Shown piece after piece: positions 38,914 to 49,015 of a DNA stretch of 64,000 bases (positions are counted from its first letter, which is position 1; every line of letters starts with the position of its first letter). The translations under genes and the position numbers were made by a program. Source of the stretch: Thermoanaerobaculia bacterium (GTDB lineage Bacteria; Acidobacteriota; Thermoanaerobaculia; Multivoradales; UBA5704); contig JBGAGQ010000001.1 in the NCBI GenBank assembly GCA_044226625.1, positions 192,001 to 256,000 of the forward strand. The letters are read 5' to 3'. The notes under the pieces were generated by a model that worked only from the letters and a program-made list of their open reading frames with translations, was not told where the DNA came from and did no database searches.

Positions 38914-41637
38914 TCACACCGTGGTCGGCTCCTCGTCGAGCAGGGGATCGTCTTCGGGCTCCAAAGCTTCAGACTCCACCTCGGGCTCGCTCGACTCGCT
39001 CTCCTGTTTCTCCTCGGTCTCCTGGATCTCTTGGGGCTCCTCGGACTCCTCCGCCGCCGGCTTCGGCTTGCGTTTCGGCTCGACCGAAGGATCGCGCTTG
39101 AGCACGACGGCGGACAGCGGCGGGAGCGTCATCTTCAGGCTCCACTCCCAGGGACCGAGCGGCTCCTCTTCGGCTTCGACCCCCTCGGGGTTGCCGATTC
39201 CGGTGCCGCCGTAGGCCACGTCGTCGCCGTTCAGGATCTCGCGCCAGAGCCCCCCCTGCGGCAAACCGACGGAATAGTCCTCGCGCGGCACCGGCGTGAA
39301 GTTGAGGACGATCGCGACCGGCTCGCCGTCGGGATCGGCGGGCTTCCGGAGGATCGCGAGCACGCTTCGCGCGGCGTCGTCGCAGGCCAGCCATTCGAAG
39401 CCGAGTGCCGGTTGCGCGTCCAACTCGTGGAGCGCAGGCTCTCCGAGGTAGAGATGGTTCACGTCGCGCACGAAGGCGTGGAGACCCGCGTGAAGCGGAT
39501 CGTCGAGCAGATGCCAGTCGAGGCTCGTGTCGTGGTTCCACTCGCGCCATTGGCCGAGCTCGCCGCCCATGAAGAGGAGCTTCTTGCCCGGCTGCGAGAG
39601 CATGAACGCGAACAGCAGGCGAAGATTCGCGAACTTCTGCCAGAGATCGCCCGGCATCTTGCCCACGAGCGACCCCTTCATGTGCACCACCTCGTCGTGC
39701 GAAAGCGGGAGCACGAAATTCTCGCTGCCGGCGTACATGGCGCGGAAGGTGAGCAGGCCGTGGTGGTGGCTCCGCGCGAGCGGATCGAGCGCGAAGTACT
39801 TCAAGGTGTCGTGCATCCACCCCATGTCCCACTTCATGTCGAAACCGAGGCCGCCGTCCTCGACCGGGCGCGAGACGAGCGGCCAGGCGGTCGACTCCTC
39901 GGCGATCGACAGGGTGTCCGGGAAGCGCTCCGCGATCTCCCGGTTCAGCGTGTGGAGGAAGTCGATCGCCTCGAGGTTCTCCCGGCCGCCGTGGATGTTC
40001 GGCACCCAGGCCCCCTCCTCGCGCGAATAATCGCGGTAGAGCATCGAGGCGACGGCGTCCACCCGGAGGCCGTCGGCGTGGTAGACGTCGAGCCAGAACA
40101 GGGCCGACGAGATCAGGAAGCTCTTCACCTCATGCCGGCCGTAGTTGAAGATCAGGCTCCCCCAGTCGGGATGGAACCCCTGCCGCGGATCGGCGTGCTC
40201 GTAGAGGTACGTGCCGTCGAAGTAGCCGAGCCCGAACTCGTCGGTCGGGAAATGAGACGGCACCCAGTCGAGCAGGACGCCGATTCCCCGCTGGTGCAGC
40301 GTGTCGATCAGGAACATCAGGTCCTGCGGTGAGCCGTACCGGGAGGTCGCGGCGAAGTAGCCGGTCACCTGGTAGCCCCACGAGCCGTAGAACGGATGCT
40401 CCATCACCGGCAACAGCTCGACGTGGGTGTAGCCCATCTCGACCGCGTAATCGGCGAGCGCCGGGGCGATCTCGCGATAGGTCATCGGCCGCGGCTCGCC
40501 TCCTTCCTCCGAGGGGATCCGGCGCCAGGAGCCGAGGTGCACCTCGTAGATCGAGATCGGAGCGTCGAGCCCGTTCTTTGCCTTTCGCCCCGACATCCAG
40601 TCGGCGTCCTGCCATTCGTAGGCGAGCCCCGACACGACCGAGGCCTGTTCGGGGGGGACCTGCGCGGAGAAGGCGATCGGATCGGCCTTGTCGGCCTTGT
40701 ATTCGGAGAAGCGCGACTCGATCCGGTATTTGTACCGCGCCCCCGGCCCAACCCCCGGAACGAACGTGGCCCAAACTCCCGATTCGCCGAGCCGGGCGAG
40801 CGGGTCGACCCGCGCCTGCCATCGGTTCCAGTCGCCGATCAGCGAGACCGCCCGGGCGTCCGGCGCCCAGACCGAGAAATAGGTGCCCGGCTCGCCATCC
40901 GGCGAAACCCCCGGGTGGGAGCCGAGCTTTTCGTAGAGCCGGAAGTTTCGGCCGGAATTGAACCGTTGGAGCTCGTCCTCGGTCAGGCGGGAGAACGAGG
41001 TGACGGAAGCCGCGGGGTCGGACGTCCCCTCCGACCCGCCCTCGGCTCCCCCCATCGCGGCCCTCCCGGATTTCGGAGCGGTCGCGGCCGTCGGAGCTTC
41101 CTTGGCGGCCGCCCGTTGGCGCCGGGGAGCGGTGACCTCGACCGCGGCCTTCTTGCGCGCACCGACGGTCCGGGTCCGAGCGGGGACTTTCGCCTTGCCT
41201 TCGGGGACGGCTTGAGTCGCCGGCGTCGATGGCACGGACGGTTTCGCCGGCATCGCCGGCAGCGCCCGAGTCTTAGAAACCGGCGGCTCCTCGGTCGCCT
41301 TCTTTCGGCCCGAGGCGGATCTCGGCTTTGGATCTTCCGCTGCCGGCTTTCGTTCTCGAGCAATCGCCTTCGTCGGCGTCGTGGAATGGCCACCGGCCAT
41401 GGTTTTCTTCTTCGCTTCGGTCACGGCGGGCGCCGCGGACGCGCTCGCCTTCGCCGCCTTGGGGCGGGCTGGAGTCTTCTTCGAGTCGGCAGCCTGGATT
41501 TCGACGGCCTGAATATCGACAGCCGCAGGCTTCCGCGCCCGATTCGAGGTCGGGCTCGGGGCCGGGCTCGGCTTTTGGGTCTCTGGGTTCCGGACAGCTT
41601 TCTTCTTCGGGGTGCGCTTCGGGGTTTCTTCGTTCAT
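38914..41637 (-). CDS. glgB: 1,4-alpha-glucan branching enzyme with long low-complexity N-terminal extension
   Basis: [56 protein letters not shown]. Confidence 0.95.
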   Translation of the reverse strand: MNEETPKRTPKKKAVRNPETQKPSPAPSPTSNRARKPAAVDIQAVEIQAADSKKTPARPKAAKASASAAPAVTEAKKKTMAGGHSTTPTKAIARERKPAAEDPKPRSASGRKKATEEPPVSKTRALPAMPAKPSVPSTPATQAVPEGKAKVPARTRTVGARKKAAVEVTAPRRQRAAAKEAPTAATAPKSGRAAMGGAEGGSEGTSDPAASVTSFSRLTEDELQRFNSGRNFRLYEKLGSHPGVSPDGEPGTYFSVWAPDARAVSLIGDWNRWQARVDPLARLGESGVWATFVPGVGPGARYKYRIESRFSEYKADKADPIAFSAQVPPEQASVVSGLAYEWQDADWMSGRKAKNGLDAPISIYEVHLGSWRRIPSEEGGEPRPMTYREIAPALADYAVEMGYTHVELLPVMEHPFYGSWGYQVTGYFAATSRYGSPQDLMFLIDTLHQRGIGVLLDWVPSHFPTDEFGLGYFDGTYLYEHADPRQGFHPDWGSLIFNYGRHEVKSFLISSALFWLDVYHADGLRVDAVASMLYRDYSREEGAWVPNIHGGRENLEAIDFLHTLNREIAERFPDTLSIAEESTAWPLVSRPVEDGGLGFDMKWDMGWMHDTLKYFALDPLARSHHHGLLTFRAMYAGSENFVLPLSHDEVVHMKGSLVGKMPGDLWQKFANLRLLFAFMLSQPGKKLLFMGGELGQWREWNHDTSLDWHLLDDPLHAGLHAFVRDVNHLYLGEPALHELDAQPALGFEWLACDDAARSVLAILRKPADPDGEPVAIVLNFTPVPREDYSVGLPQGGLWREILNGDDVAYGGTGIGNPEGVEAEEEPLGPWEWSLKMTLPPLSAVVLKRDPSVEPKRKPKPAAEESEEPQEIQETEEKQESESSEPEVESEALEPEDDPLLDEEPTTV

Positions 41638-41650
41638 TTGCCGGATGGTA

Positions 41651-43765
41651 TCAGCCGGGCTCCGGTCGCCCTTCCCGCTCTCGGACCTCCGCGCGCAGCT
41701 CCTCGATCCGGTTGAGCGTCGACCGAACCGTCCGCATCTCCGCCATCTGCTCGAGCGAATAGCGCGCCTTGCGCCGCCAGTTGGGCCGCTCGACGTGCGT
41801 TCCCGGGACGTTCTGCGGCCGGGTCTCTCCCCACAAATCCTCGAGGTTCACCAGCGCGATCGGCGCGTCGCTCGCGGCGAGATGCTCGTGGAGCGCGAGG
41901 GAGACCTGAGCGAACGATTCCTCATCGTTCGGCATCTGACCGCCCCGCGTCACCGCGACCGCCGTCCGCAGCCGGTCGCGCAGCCGGGCTCGGCGATCGC
42001 GGTCGCGGTCCGCCGTTTCCCGGTCGATCGCGCCCAGCGCTTCGAGGTCGGCGATCTCGTGCCCCGACCAGTACGAGGCGAACGGTGGCATGTCGTGGGT
42101 ATTCAGGCTCGCCGCGACGTTGCCGGGAGGTTTGCGGATCAGCTCGCCGCCGTCGGGATCGAGCTCGTACTGGGCGACGAATAGGCCCAATATGTTGTGC
42201 CGCGCCATCGCCTCGTAGACCTCGGGCGTCACGGTGCCGAGGTTCTCTCCCACCAGCGCCGCGCGGTGCCGGTGGGATTCGATCGACAGCACGGCGTAGA
42301 GCTCCTCGGCCGGATAGGTGATGTAGACCCCCTCCGTCGCGGGGTGCCCCTGCGGCACCCAGAACAGGCGATGGAGCTGCATCACGTGGTCGATCCGCAG
42401 CAGGCCGGCGTGCGCGAGGTGGTGGCGCAACGTGGCGATCAGATAGTCGTAGCCGCGCTCGCGCTGGCGCTCCGGATGGACGGGCGGGAATCCCCAATCC
42501 TGCCCCCCTTGGAACAGGGCGTCCGGCGGCGCGCCCGCCGATGCCTGGCGGGCGAACAGATCCGGAAAACGCCAGACGTCGAACGAGCTGCCGTGCACCC
42601 CGAGCGGCAGGTCGAGATAGAGCCCCGGGCCGCGGCTTCGCGCCGACTCGGCGAGGTCGCCGAGCTGCTGCTCGGCCGCCCATTGCGAGTAGAGGTGATA
42701 GCGCACGACCTCCGGCAGGAAATCGGCGTCGGCGAGGTTTCCCCGTCGCTCGTCTTCAGGCCAGCCTTGCCAGGAGGTGCCGCGCTGCTCGCCCACCGCG
42801 CGAAACTTGGCGTACTCCTGAAGGAAGGGCTTGGCTTTGACGAAGCGCTCGAACTCGCGGCGCCGTCCGTCGGACATCGCCAGCGAGCTCTGGGCGAGCG
42901 CGGCGAGCACCCGCCTCTTGAGCTCCGCCGTCCGCTCCCAGTCGACCGCGTCGAGGCCGGCGAGCGCGGCGGCCTCCGCCTTGAACTCCCCGCTTTCGAC
43001 CAGCGCGCGCGCCTCGGCGCTGGCCGCGAACTCCGGCAGGCGCCGGGGATCGACGTAGATCTCGTTCCAGAACAGCCGGGAGGCCGGAGCGTACGGGCTC
43101 GGCTCGAACGGCTCCCGATCGAGGAACGTCGCGAGCAGGGGCAGGGTCGCCACGAAGCCGCCGCCGTAGACCCCGATCCACTTCGCGAGCCGGTCGAGGT
43201 CGGCGAAGTCGCCGGCCCCCCAGGTCTCTTTCGTGCGCAGGGCGTAGAGCGGCAGGAACGCCCCCCAGAGGCCGCGCGCCTCGAGCTCGAAGCTCCTGCG
43301 CGGGGCGGCGAGGATCCGGACCGTGGAGCGCCGGCCGCGCACCTCCACGGTCAGCTGGTGGTACCCGACCGGGACCTCCTCGACCACCGGCAGCAGCGAG
43401 ACGCCCGGCTCGCCGGCTGGCGCCAGGCCGCGGGCGTCGATCGAGGTCAGCCAACGGTCGCCGCTCTCGAGGTCGAGCTGGCAGGCGAACACCCCCGTGC
43501 CGCGCGGCAGCCGGAGCGGCACGTAGACCTCCTTGCCCTCCCAGACGACCACGACCGGCGGGGCGACGCGGCTTTCGAGCTCGGCACGGCGCTCCGCGAG
43601 CGCATCCCCGGCGTCCTCGGGCCGCGTGACCGGCGCGCCGAGCGCCGCCAGCACGTCCACCAGCGCCTCCGGGCTCGCCTGCCGGGGACGTCCCCAGGCA
43701 TCGCGATATTCCGTCTGCACGCCGTGGAGGCGAGCGAGCTCCAAGAGGATCGGATCGGACGACAT
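41651..43765 (-). CDS. malQ: 4-alpha-glucanotransferase (GH77)
   Basis: [52 protein letters not shown]. Confidence 0.92.
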   Translation of the reverse strand: MSSDPILLELARLHGVQTEYRDAWGRPRQASPEALVDVLAALGAPVTRPEDAGDALAERRAELESRVAPPVVVVWEGKEVYVPLRLPRGTGVFACQLDLESGDRWLTSIDARGLAPAGEPGVSLLPVVEEVPVGYHQLTVEVRGRRSTVRILAAPRRSFELEARGLWGAFLPLYALRTKETWGAGDFADLDRLAKWIGVYGGGFVATLPLLATFLDREPFEPSPYAPASRLFWNEIYVDPRRLPEFAASAEARALVESGEFKAEAAALAGLDAVDWERTAELKRRVLAALAQSSLAMSDGRRREFERFVKAKPFLQEYAKFRAVGEQRGTSWQGWPEDERRGNLADADFLPEVVRYHLYSQWAAEQQLGDLAESARSRGPGLYLDLPLGVHGSSFDVWRFPDLFARQASAGAPPDALFQGGQDWGFPPVHPERQRERGYDYLIATLRHHLAHAGLLRIDHVMQLHRLFWVPQGHPATEGVYITYPAEELYAVLSIESHRHRAALVGENLGTVTPEVYEAMARHNILGLFVAQYELDPDGGELIRKPPGNVAASLNTHDMPPFASYWSGHEIADLEALGAIDRETADRDRDRRARLRDRLRTAVAVTRGGQMPNDEESFAQVSLALHEHLAASDAPIALVNLEDLWGETRPQNVPGTHVERPNWRRKARYSLEQMAEMRTVRSTLNRIEELRAEVREREGRPEPG

Positions 43766-43970
43766 GCCAGGCTTTCCTCCGAGGGATCGATGCGAGCTTC
43801 TTTCCGCGGGTCCTCGAACAACATGTTATCGGTTCTCGCGGCCGGCCTAGGAGGGGTTGATCGTTCCGTCTATGCAAAACCGGCTACGAAATCCGCGATC
43901 GGCGGCCCGAAGATAATCCTCGACATCGGCTGGGCCGGAAGTAACCTGGGCACCGCGGAGCGGCAGAAGC

Positions 43971-44014
43971 CGAGGGGGCGGAGTCTCGGGATCGCCCGAG
44001 ACTCCGCCCCTTCG
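43971..44014 (-). terminator. 20-bp stem-loop downstream of the RiPP precursor gene
   Basis: cgagggggcggagtctcggg-atcg-cccgagactccgccccttcg. Confidence 0.65.
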
Positions 44015-44040
44015 TCGTTTCCGGATCGGTCGCTGGAAGG

Positions 44041-44250
44041 CTAGCGGGTGGTAGTGGTGCAGCAGTCGGTGCAGATGGTTCCGGCGCAGGTGAAGAAGTT
44101 GCAGGTCTGGCAGGTCTTGCAGGTCTGTTCCAGGGTGTTGGCGCAACCGATCTGCGCCGTGGCGCCGGCCACGAGAGGCTCCAGACGGGACGGGGTGAGC
44201 TGCTTGACGGTCTCTCGGTTGAGACTGAGCTTCGAGCGCTTCTTTCTCAT
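44041..44250 (-). CDS. RiPP precursor peptide, lanthipeptide-like (LxLxR/K-ET leader)
   Basis: Leader MRKKRSKLSLNRETVKQL...VAGA; core with 8 Cys and many Thr; GGGGAG RBS. Confidence 0.75.
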   Translation of the reverse strand: MRKKRSKLSLNRETVKQLTPSRLEPLVAGATAQIGCANTLEQTCKTCQTCNFFTCAGTICTDCCTTTTR

Positions 44251-44463
44251 ATCTCCCCTTTCGCGAAAGGTCCTGTTTAAAGCCTATCGCGTCTTGTCCG
44301 TCAAAAATATCCGGCGCTGCAACCGAAGCGTCGCCCCTTCTCCGTCCCCCGACGTCGTCATTCGCCGGCCGGTATGGAACGCCGGTCCCCGAAGGCCCGC
44401 TCCTTGCACCGAGGTCCCCCCGTTCCGCCCTGCGAGGGGTTGGCTTCCAAGAATGGCCCGCCT

Positions 44464-45579
44464 ATGCTTCCGCCACGTCTTCGTTCCCGTCCCGTGCGAA
44501 AGATCGCGCTCGTCCTCGCGTCCCTCGTCGTCGCTTTGCTCGCGGCCGAGGGAATGATCCGCCTGCTCGGCGCCGCGCCGGAGGTCGGCTGGGTCGAGAT
44601 CGGCCGTTATCGCCTGGCGAAGAACCCGCGGATCGGCTTCGAGCCGATCCCCCACTTGAAGACCGTCGCGATCACCAACGACCTCATCGACTACGTCGGC
44701 GAGTCGAACCGCCTCGGATTCCGGGATCGCGACCACGCCGTCGCCAAGCCGCCGGGCGTCTATCGCATCGTCGTCCTTGGAGACAGCGTCGGGCTGGGCC
44801 TCAAGGTCGCCCGCACCGAAGACACGTTCCCCGCTCTCCTCGAGAAGATCCTCCGCCGCCGCGGCAAGAACGCCGAGGTGATCAACCTCTCGGTGACCGG
44901 CTACAACACCCAGCAGGAGGTGGAGTCTTTCCTCGAGAAGGGCCTCGCGTTCTCCCCCGACCTGGTGCTCGTCGCCTACACCTTGAGCGACCGCGAGCGC
45001 CTCGACGGCAACATCATGGAGACGCTCCTTTCCGCCGCACGTATCGGCCCACAGCGGAAGATGCGGCAGGCGAACCCGATCCTCGTCCATAGCGCGCTCT
45101 ACCGTTTCCTGTTGTTCCGCGTCGTCCGGCCCAAGGGGAGCCACACGGACGAAGCCGAGACGAAAGAATCCGAGCGCGCCCTCGCCGCGATCTCCGGCGA
45201 CACGGTCGCCCCCTCCTTCTCCCGCCTCGCCCAGGCGGCCCGGGCGCACCATTTCCACGTCCTGGTCGCCGTCTTCCCCTATTTCGTCCATCTCACCCAG
45301 GGCTACGAATATCGGCCCCAACACGCCTCAGCGATTCGCGACGCCAAGAGTCACGGCTTCGGGGTCGTCGACCTCCTCGTGCCCATGCAGAGATGCCGCA
45401 AAAAAGCCGGCCGCCCGATCCAGGTCGACAGCTTCCACCCCAACGAGCTAGGCCACCGCTGCGCGGCGGGCGCGATCGCACAGTCGATCCTGAACAGCCC
45501 CCCCGATCACGCCGCCGAGGCCCCCGCCACCCAGATGGCCCGGTGGCGGAAGGGACCGCGGAAGACGGGGCGGGCGTAG
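44464..45579 (+). CDS. SGNH/GDSL hydrolase, membrane anchored
   Basis: NRLGFRD, IVVLGDS, INLSVTGYNT, DSFHPNELGH. Confidence 0.85.
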   Translation: MLPPRLRSRPVRKIALVLASLVVALLAAEGMIRLLGAAPEVGWVEIGRYRLAKNPRIGFEPIPHLKTVAITNDLIDYVGESNRLGFRDRDHAVAKPPGVYRIVVLGDSVGLGLKVARTEDTFPALLEKILRRRGKNAEVINLSVTGYNTQQEVESFLEKGLAFSPDLVLVAYTLSDRERLDGNIMETLLSAARIGPQRKMRQANPILVHSALYRFLLFRVVRPKGSHTDEAETKESERALAAISGDTVAPSFSRLAQAARAHHFHVLVAVFPYFVHLTQGYEYRPQHASAIRDAKSHGFGVVDLLVPMQRCRKKAGRPIQVDSFHPNELGHRCAAGAIAQSILNSPPDHAAEAPATQMARWRKGPRKTGRA

Positions 45580-45597
45580 GGGGGGAGCTTCTTTCGC

Positions 45598-47415
45598 CTA
45601 TTCGTCTGGACCCCAGGTAGGTTTGAAAAGTCTGGGAGGACTCGCCGAAGAGCTGGCGGCGACGGTGAGCGGAAAGATCCTCGAAGGGCTCTTGGCCCAC
45701 TGCCATAGATGTAGCTCCCTCCACGCGGGAGCCGCCGGCGAGGTGGCCTTGAATTTGTGGTGCAAACCTTCGCTGGACCAGAGCTGGGGTCGATCCGCGA
45801 CGTTCGACACTTCGGCAAGGAAATCGACATGGAGCGCCGCGAGGCCTTTCAGCTTGGCGTTGTCCGGACTCCGGCCGTAAAACGGATCGTCGTTCGACCC
45901 GCTCGGGGCCGTCTCGAAGAAGACGCCCAACGGCTGATAGTTCGAGGCAGCCTCCTTTTCCCGAGGAATGGGATTCAGACTCCAGACCCGGACGCACATG
46001 CTGCCGCCCGAGCCTCGATCGTTCCAAAGATATTGGCCGAAGCTCGTTTCAACTAAAGGGTTACGCCCGGGTCCGATCCAGCGGAAGATCGCTATCATGG
46101 GTGGGACCGGCGCAGGAAATTGGGCTCCTACGACGACCTGTTGGCCAAGCCAAAAAAAGCCGTCCGGAACCGGCGCCGCCGGTTGAAAAATCGTCAAGGT
46201 CTTGTCGACATCGTTCTTTCCGACCTTTACCGTCCACGGAATCGTCTGTGCCTCGGCCGGTAGGGTCTTGCTCTCCCATTTCTTGCGATCGAATAGCTGC
46301 GAATATCTTCGGACATGGTTGTAGTACGCCGTTGGAGAGCGGACCGAGTGTCCAGGCTTACCCTCGACGGCTTTCAAGAAATAGGCTTCGGACCAGATCG
46401 AGTCGGGCCGCAGTTGCATCCGCGGGTCGGTCGGCGGCAGGACGACGTCCTGACGCGGGCAGCTGGAGTCATTTCGATAGGCTTGCCGGTCGCTCTGGTC
46501 GTAGCCGATCAGCAAATCATTGCCTAGAAAGCCGAGCGCCTCACATCCCACCTTGGGTGGCCGCGTCTGGTGCGTTCGGTAGTAGGTACCGATGGTCGTG
46601 GGCCTCCACTCTTCCAGCCTCTGATCCCCGTTCGCCGGATCGCGGTGGTACTTGACGTAAGCTTCTGGCGAGGGATCCGAACTTTCGAAGTCCCGATCGC
46701 CCAACTCGTCGTCGACCAGGGTCCACAGCGAATCGCCATCGCAATGCATTTCGGCGAGCTTCTGGGTCTGCAGAGAGAACGAGCCTCGTTTCGTGACGGC
46801 GGTTCCTCCCAGAGCGCCCACGGGCAACTCGTAGTAGTCGACCTGCTGATCGGTTCCGCCATGAACACCCTGCGTTGAGGCGTAGAAAAGCCCGCCGAAA
46901 CCGCCGGAAGACCTCTCGAAGAAATTGTGATTGCCGTCCTGGACGAACGTCATGGCCTCCATGCCGTTGCCGGAAACGTCGGTCGAGGTCAACGCCCACC
47001 AGCGGTCTTCGCACATCACTGGATCCCCATCGCTCCCAGCCGCCAAATTCACGATCTTCAGCTCGACGATGATCGGCGCCTGCTTCGAGTCCTTTTTCTC
47101 GGCTCCCTTGTCGTCCAGTTCGTACCGTCCGCGCTCCACCCCGACATACAGGTAGTCGGTTCGGCCCGGAACGGTCGTCAACGATTCGAAGTCCGTCCAC
47201 TTCGGATGCCCGGGGACTTGCAGGACCCTCCAATGCCAGACATCCCCGTTCTTCCAGGCGATGGTGCCGTTATCGCTGACGACGTAGATCACGTCTCCGA
47301 CGACCGCGAGCCCGCTCGGCTCGGCAACGAATTGGCCCGGGCCGGCGACCTTGCCGGGGAAGCGACCGATCGATGTTCCTTCGCCAAGCTCCCAAGGGGA
47401 TACACGATCGCTCAT
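45598..47415 (-). CDS. Hypothetical protein: putative beta-propeller N-domain + Vps62-like C-domain
   Basis: EPSGL, DFESLT, GMEAMTF blade-like motifs; PDGFFWLG, LWNDRGSGG..VW, YQPLG; AGGAGG RBS. Confidence 0.6.
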   Translation of the reverse strand: MSDRVSPWELGEGTSIGRFPGKVAGPGQFVAEPSGLAVVGDVIYVVSDNGTIAWKNGDVWHWRVLQVPGHPKWTDFESLTTVPGRTDYLYVGVERGRYELDDKGAEKKDSKQAPIIVELKIVNLAAGSDGDPVMCEDRWWALTSTDVSGNGMEAMTFVQDGNHNFFERSSGGFGGLFYASTQGVHGGTDQQVDYYELPVGALGGTAVTKRGSFSLQTQKLAEMHCDGDSLWTLVDDELGDRDFESSDPSPEAYVKYHRDPANGDQRLEEWRPTTIGTYYRTHQTRPPKVGCEALGFLGNDLLIGYDQSDRQAYRNDSSCPRQDVVLPPTDPRMQLRPDSIWSEAYFLKAVEGKPGHSVRSPTAYYNHVRRYSQLFDRKKWESKTLPAEAQTIPWTVKVGKNDVDKTLTIFQPAAPVPDGFFWLGQQVVVGAQFPAPVPPMIAIFRWIGPGRNPLVETSFGQYLWNDRGSGGSMCVRVWSLNPIPREKEAASNYQPLGVFFETAPSGSNDDPFYGRSPDNAKLKGLAALHVDFLAEVSNVADRPQLWSSEGLHHKFKATSPAAPAWRELHLWQWAKSPSRIFPLTVAASSSASPPRLFKPTWGPDE

Positions 47416-47553
47416 GGCCGCCCTCCTTTGCGTGAATGCACTGGAGATCTTAGCCAGAAGACGCTAAATCTGTACACCAGGACGCCGGCCGCAGTTAGGC
47501 CGCAACTGCCGAGGTGACCGCTGATGACGGATTGGGAAGGAGGCGGGCGTACG

Positions 47554-47628
47554 TGGAGCCGACGGTCGGATTTGAACCGACGACCTGCTGATTACGAATC
47601 AGCTGCTCTACCACTGAGCTACGTCGGC
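47554..47628 (-). tRNA. tRNA-Thr (anticodon CGT)
   Basis: gccgacgtagctcagtggtagagcagctgattCGTaatcagcaggtcgtcggttcaaatccgaccgtcggctcca; encoded CCA; TACAAT upstream. Confidence 0.95.
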
Positions 47629-47777
47629 AAAGAAGAAGGGGCGTCTCCCGGACGGGCGAGCGAGGCGGGATTGTAGGGGATCGCCCGAGCGGGCGCAACT
47701 CTTCGATTTTGGGAAAAGTCCGGCTCTCCGGACGGCGTGCTAGCGTCCTCCACCATGACTTCTTGGAGCCGCGACCG

Positions 47778-48575
47778 ATGACTCCCCGCCGTAGCCTGCT
47801 GCTCGCCGGCTTCCTGATCGCCTTCGGGCTGTTCTTCTTCGGTCCGGCCGAATCGCTCGCCGGGAGCCCGGACGCTTATCGCCGCCTCGCGCTGTGGGGG
47901 ATTCCGCTCGGCGTGGTCCTGATCGCCGCGCTGTTCGTGCCGCGGGGCGGGGCCGGGACTGCGCTCGTCGGGTCGGGCGGCGGCTCGGGGGTTGCCGCAG
48001 GGATCGGGGCGATCCTGGTCGATCTTCTGTATCTCGGCTATGCCCAGCTGACGCATGCGGCGACGTTCACCTTCGGGGCGCAGGCGCTCGCCGGGGGGCG
48101 GCTCGCCTGGGTTCTGATCTGGTCGCTGCCGATGTGGGTCGCCTTCGGCGTCTTCGGCTGGGAGCGTGCGCTTCGCGCCGGGGTGTTCTCCGGCCTCCAG
48201 CCTCGGTTCGGGATCTTCGGCGCGGGGGCGGTCGCCGCCCTGGCCGGGACCGCTCTCGCCTTGCCGACGATCCTGCCGGGAGGGGAGGTGCGCGACGTCG
48301 GGTTCGTTGCCACGGGGCTCGTCGCGATCCTCGCGCGGGAGGCGATCGCGACCGTCCTCTTCCTGCGCTCCGGTCTGCTCGCGGCAGGAATCTTCCGCGG
48401 CGTCGCGATCTTCCTCGAGGCGTTCGTGCTCGCCGATTGGAACGCGCTCACCTTCCCGGCGTTCCAGGTCGTCTCCGACACGCCGTCGTTCTACGTCGCG
48501 CGCGGGCTCACGGCGCTGCTCGCGGTGGCGGCGACTCTTCTCTTCTGCCGGAAACGCACGGAGATCTCCGCATGA
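47778..48575 (+). CDS. Integral membrane protein (possibly CPBP/Abi-like, degenerate)
   Basis: Multiple hydrophobic helices; WERALRAG and RSGLLAAGIFRG patterns. Confidence 0.6.
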   Translation: MTPRRSLLLAGFLIAFGLFFFGPAESLAGSPDAYRRLALWGIPLGVVLIAALFVPRGGAGTALVGSGGGSGVAAGIGAILVDLLYLGYAQLTHAATFTFGAQALAGGRLAWVLIWSLPMWVAFGVFGWERALRAGVFSGLQPRFGIFGAGAVAALAGTALALPTILPGGEVRDVGFVATGLVAILAREAIATVLFLRSGLLAAGIFRGVAIFLEAFVLADWNALTFPAFQVVSDTPSFYVARGLTALLAVAATLLFCRKRTEISA

Positions 48576-49015
48576 GCGCTCAACACGGTTCGCCGAAGCT
48601 TCGCCTCGCGGCCGTCTTCGGTCTGGTCGTGATGGCGACTTGGACGCTGGTGATCAAGTTCCTGGCGCCGATCCTCTGGGCCTATGCGGAGCGCGCCGCC
48701 GGCCGCCCGGCCGAGGCGCCGGTGATGTGGGACTTCTGGTGGGTCGCCCACCTCGCGCTCGCCTGGCTGCTCTGGCACCGACACCGCTGGGCTCGCTCGT
48801 CCGGACTGCTGGTCGCCGGGATCGAGATCGCGATCGTCGCGGTGAAGCTCGCGCTCTTCGCCCAGGCGCCCGATCTGTCGTTCTGGCGGCTGCTCTGGCT
48901 CACCAACAAGATCTACGTGCTCGCCTTCTTCGTCGCGTTCGGGATCTGGCTCTTCCAGCCCGCGGCGCGCCGCGAATTCGCCAATTTCCCGCGGGGGAGC
49001 GGCTATGGCAAATGA
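48572..49015 (+). CDS. Small integral membrane protein
   Basis: ATGA overlap; about four Trp-rich hydrophobic helices. Confidence 0.65.
   Translation: MSAQHGSPKLRLAAVFGLVVMATWTLVIKFLAPILWAYAERAAGRPAEAPVMWDFWWVAHLALAWLLWHRHRWARSSGLLVAGIEIAIVAVKLALFAQAPDLSFWRLLWLTNKIYVLAFFVAFGIWLFQPAARREFANFPRGSGYGK

Noticed and set aside
47554-47580. Prophage or island att site at tRNA-Thr
   Set aside because: No duplicate of the tRNA 3' end and no integrase were seen in the window
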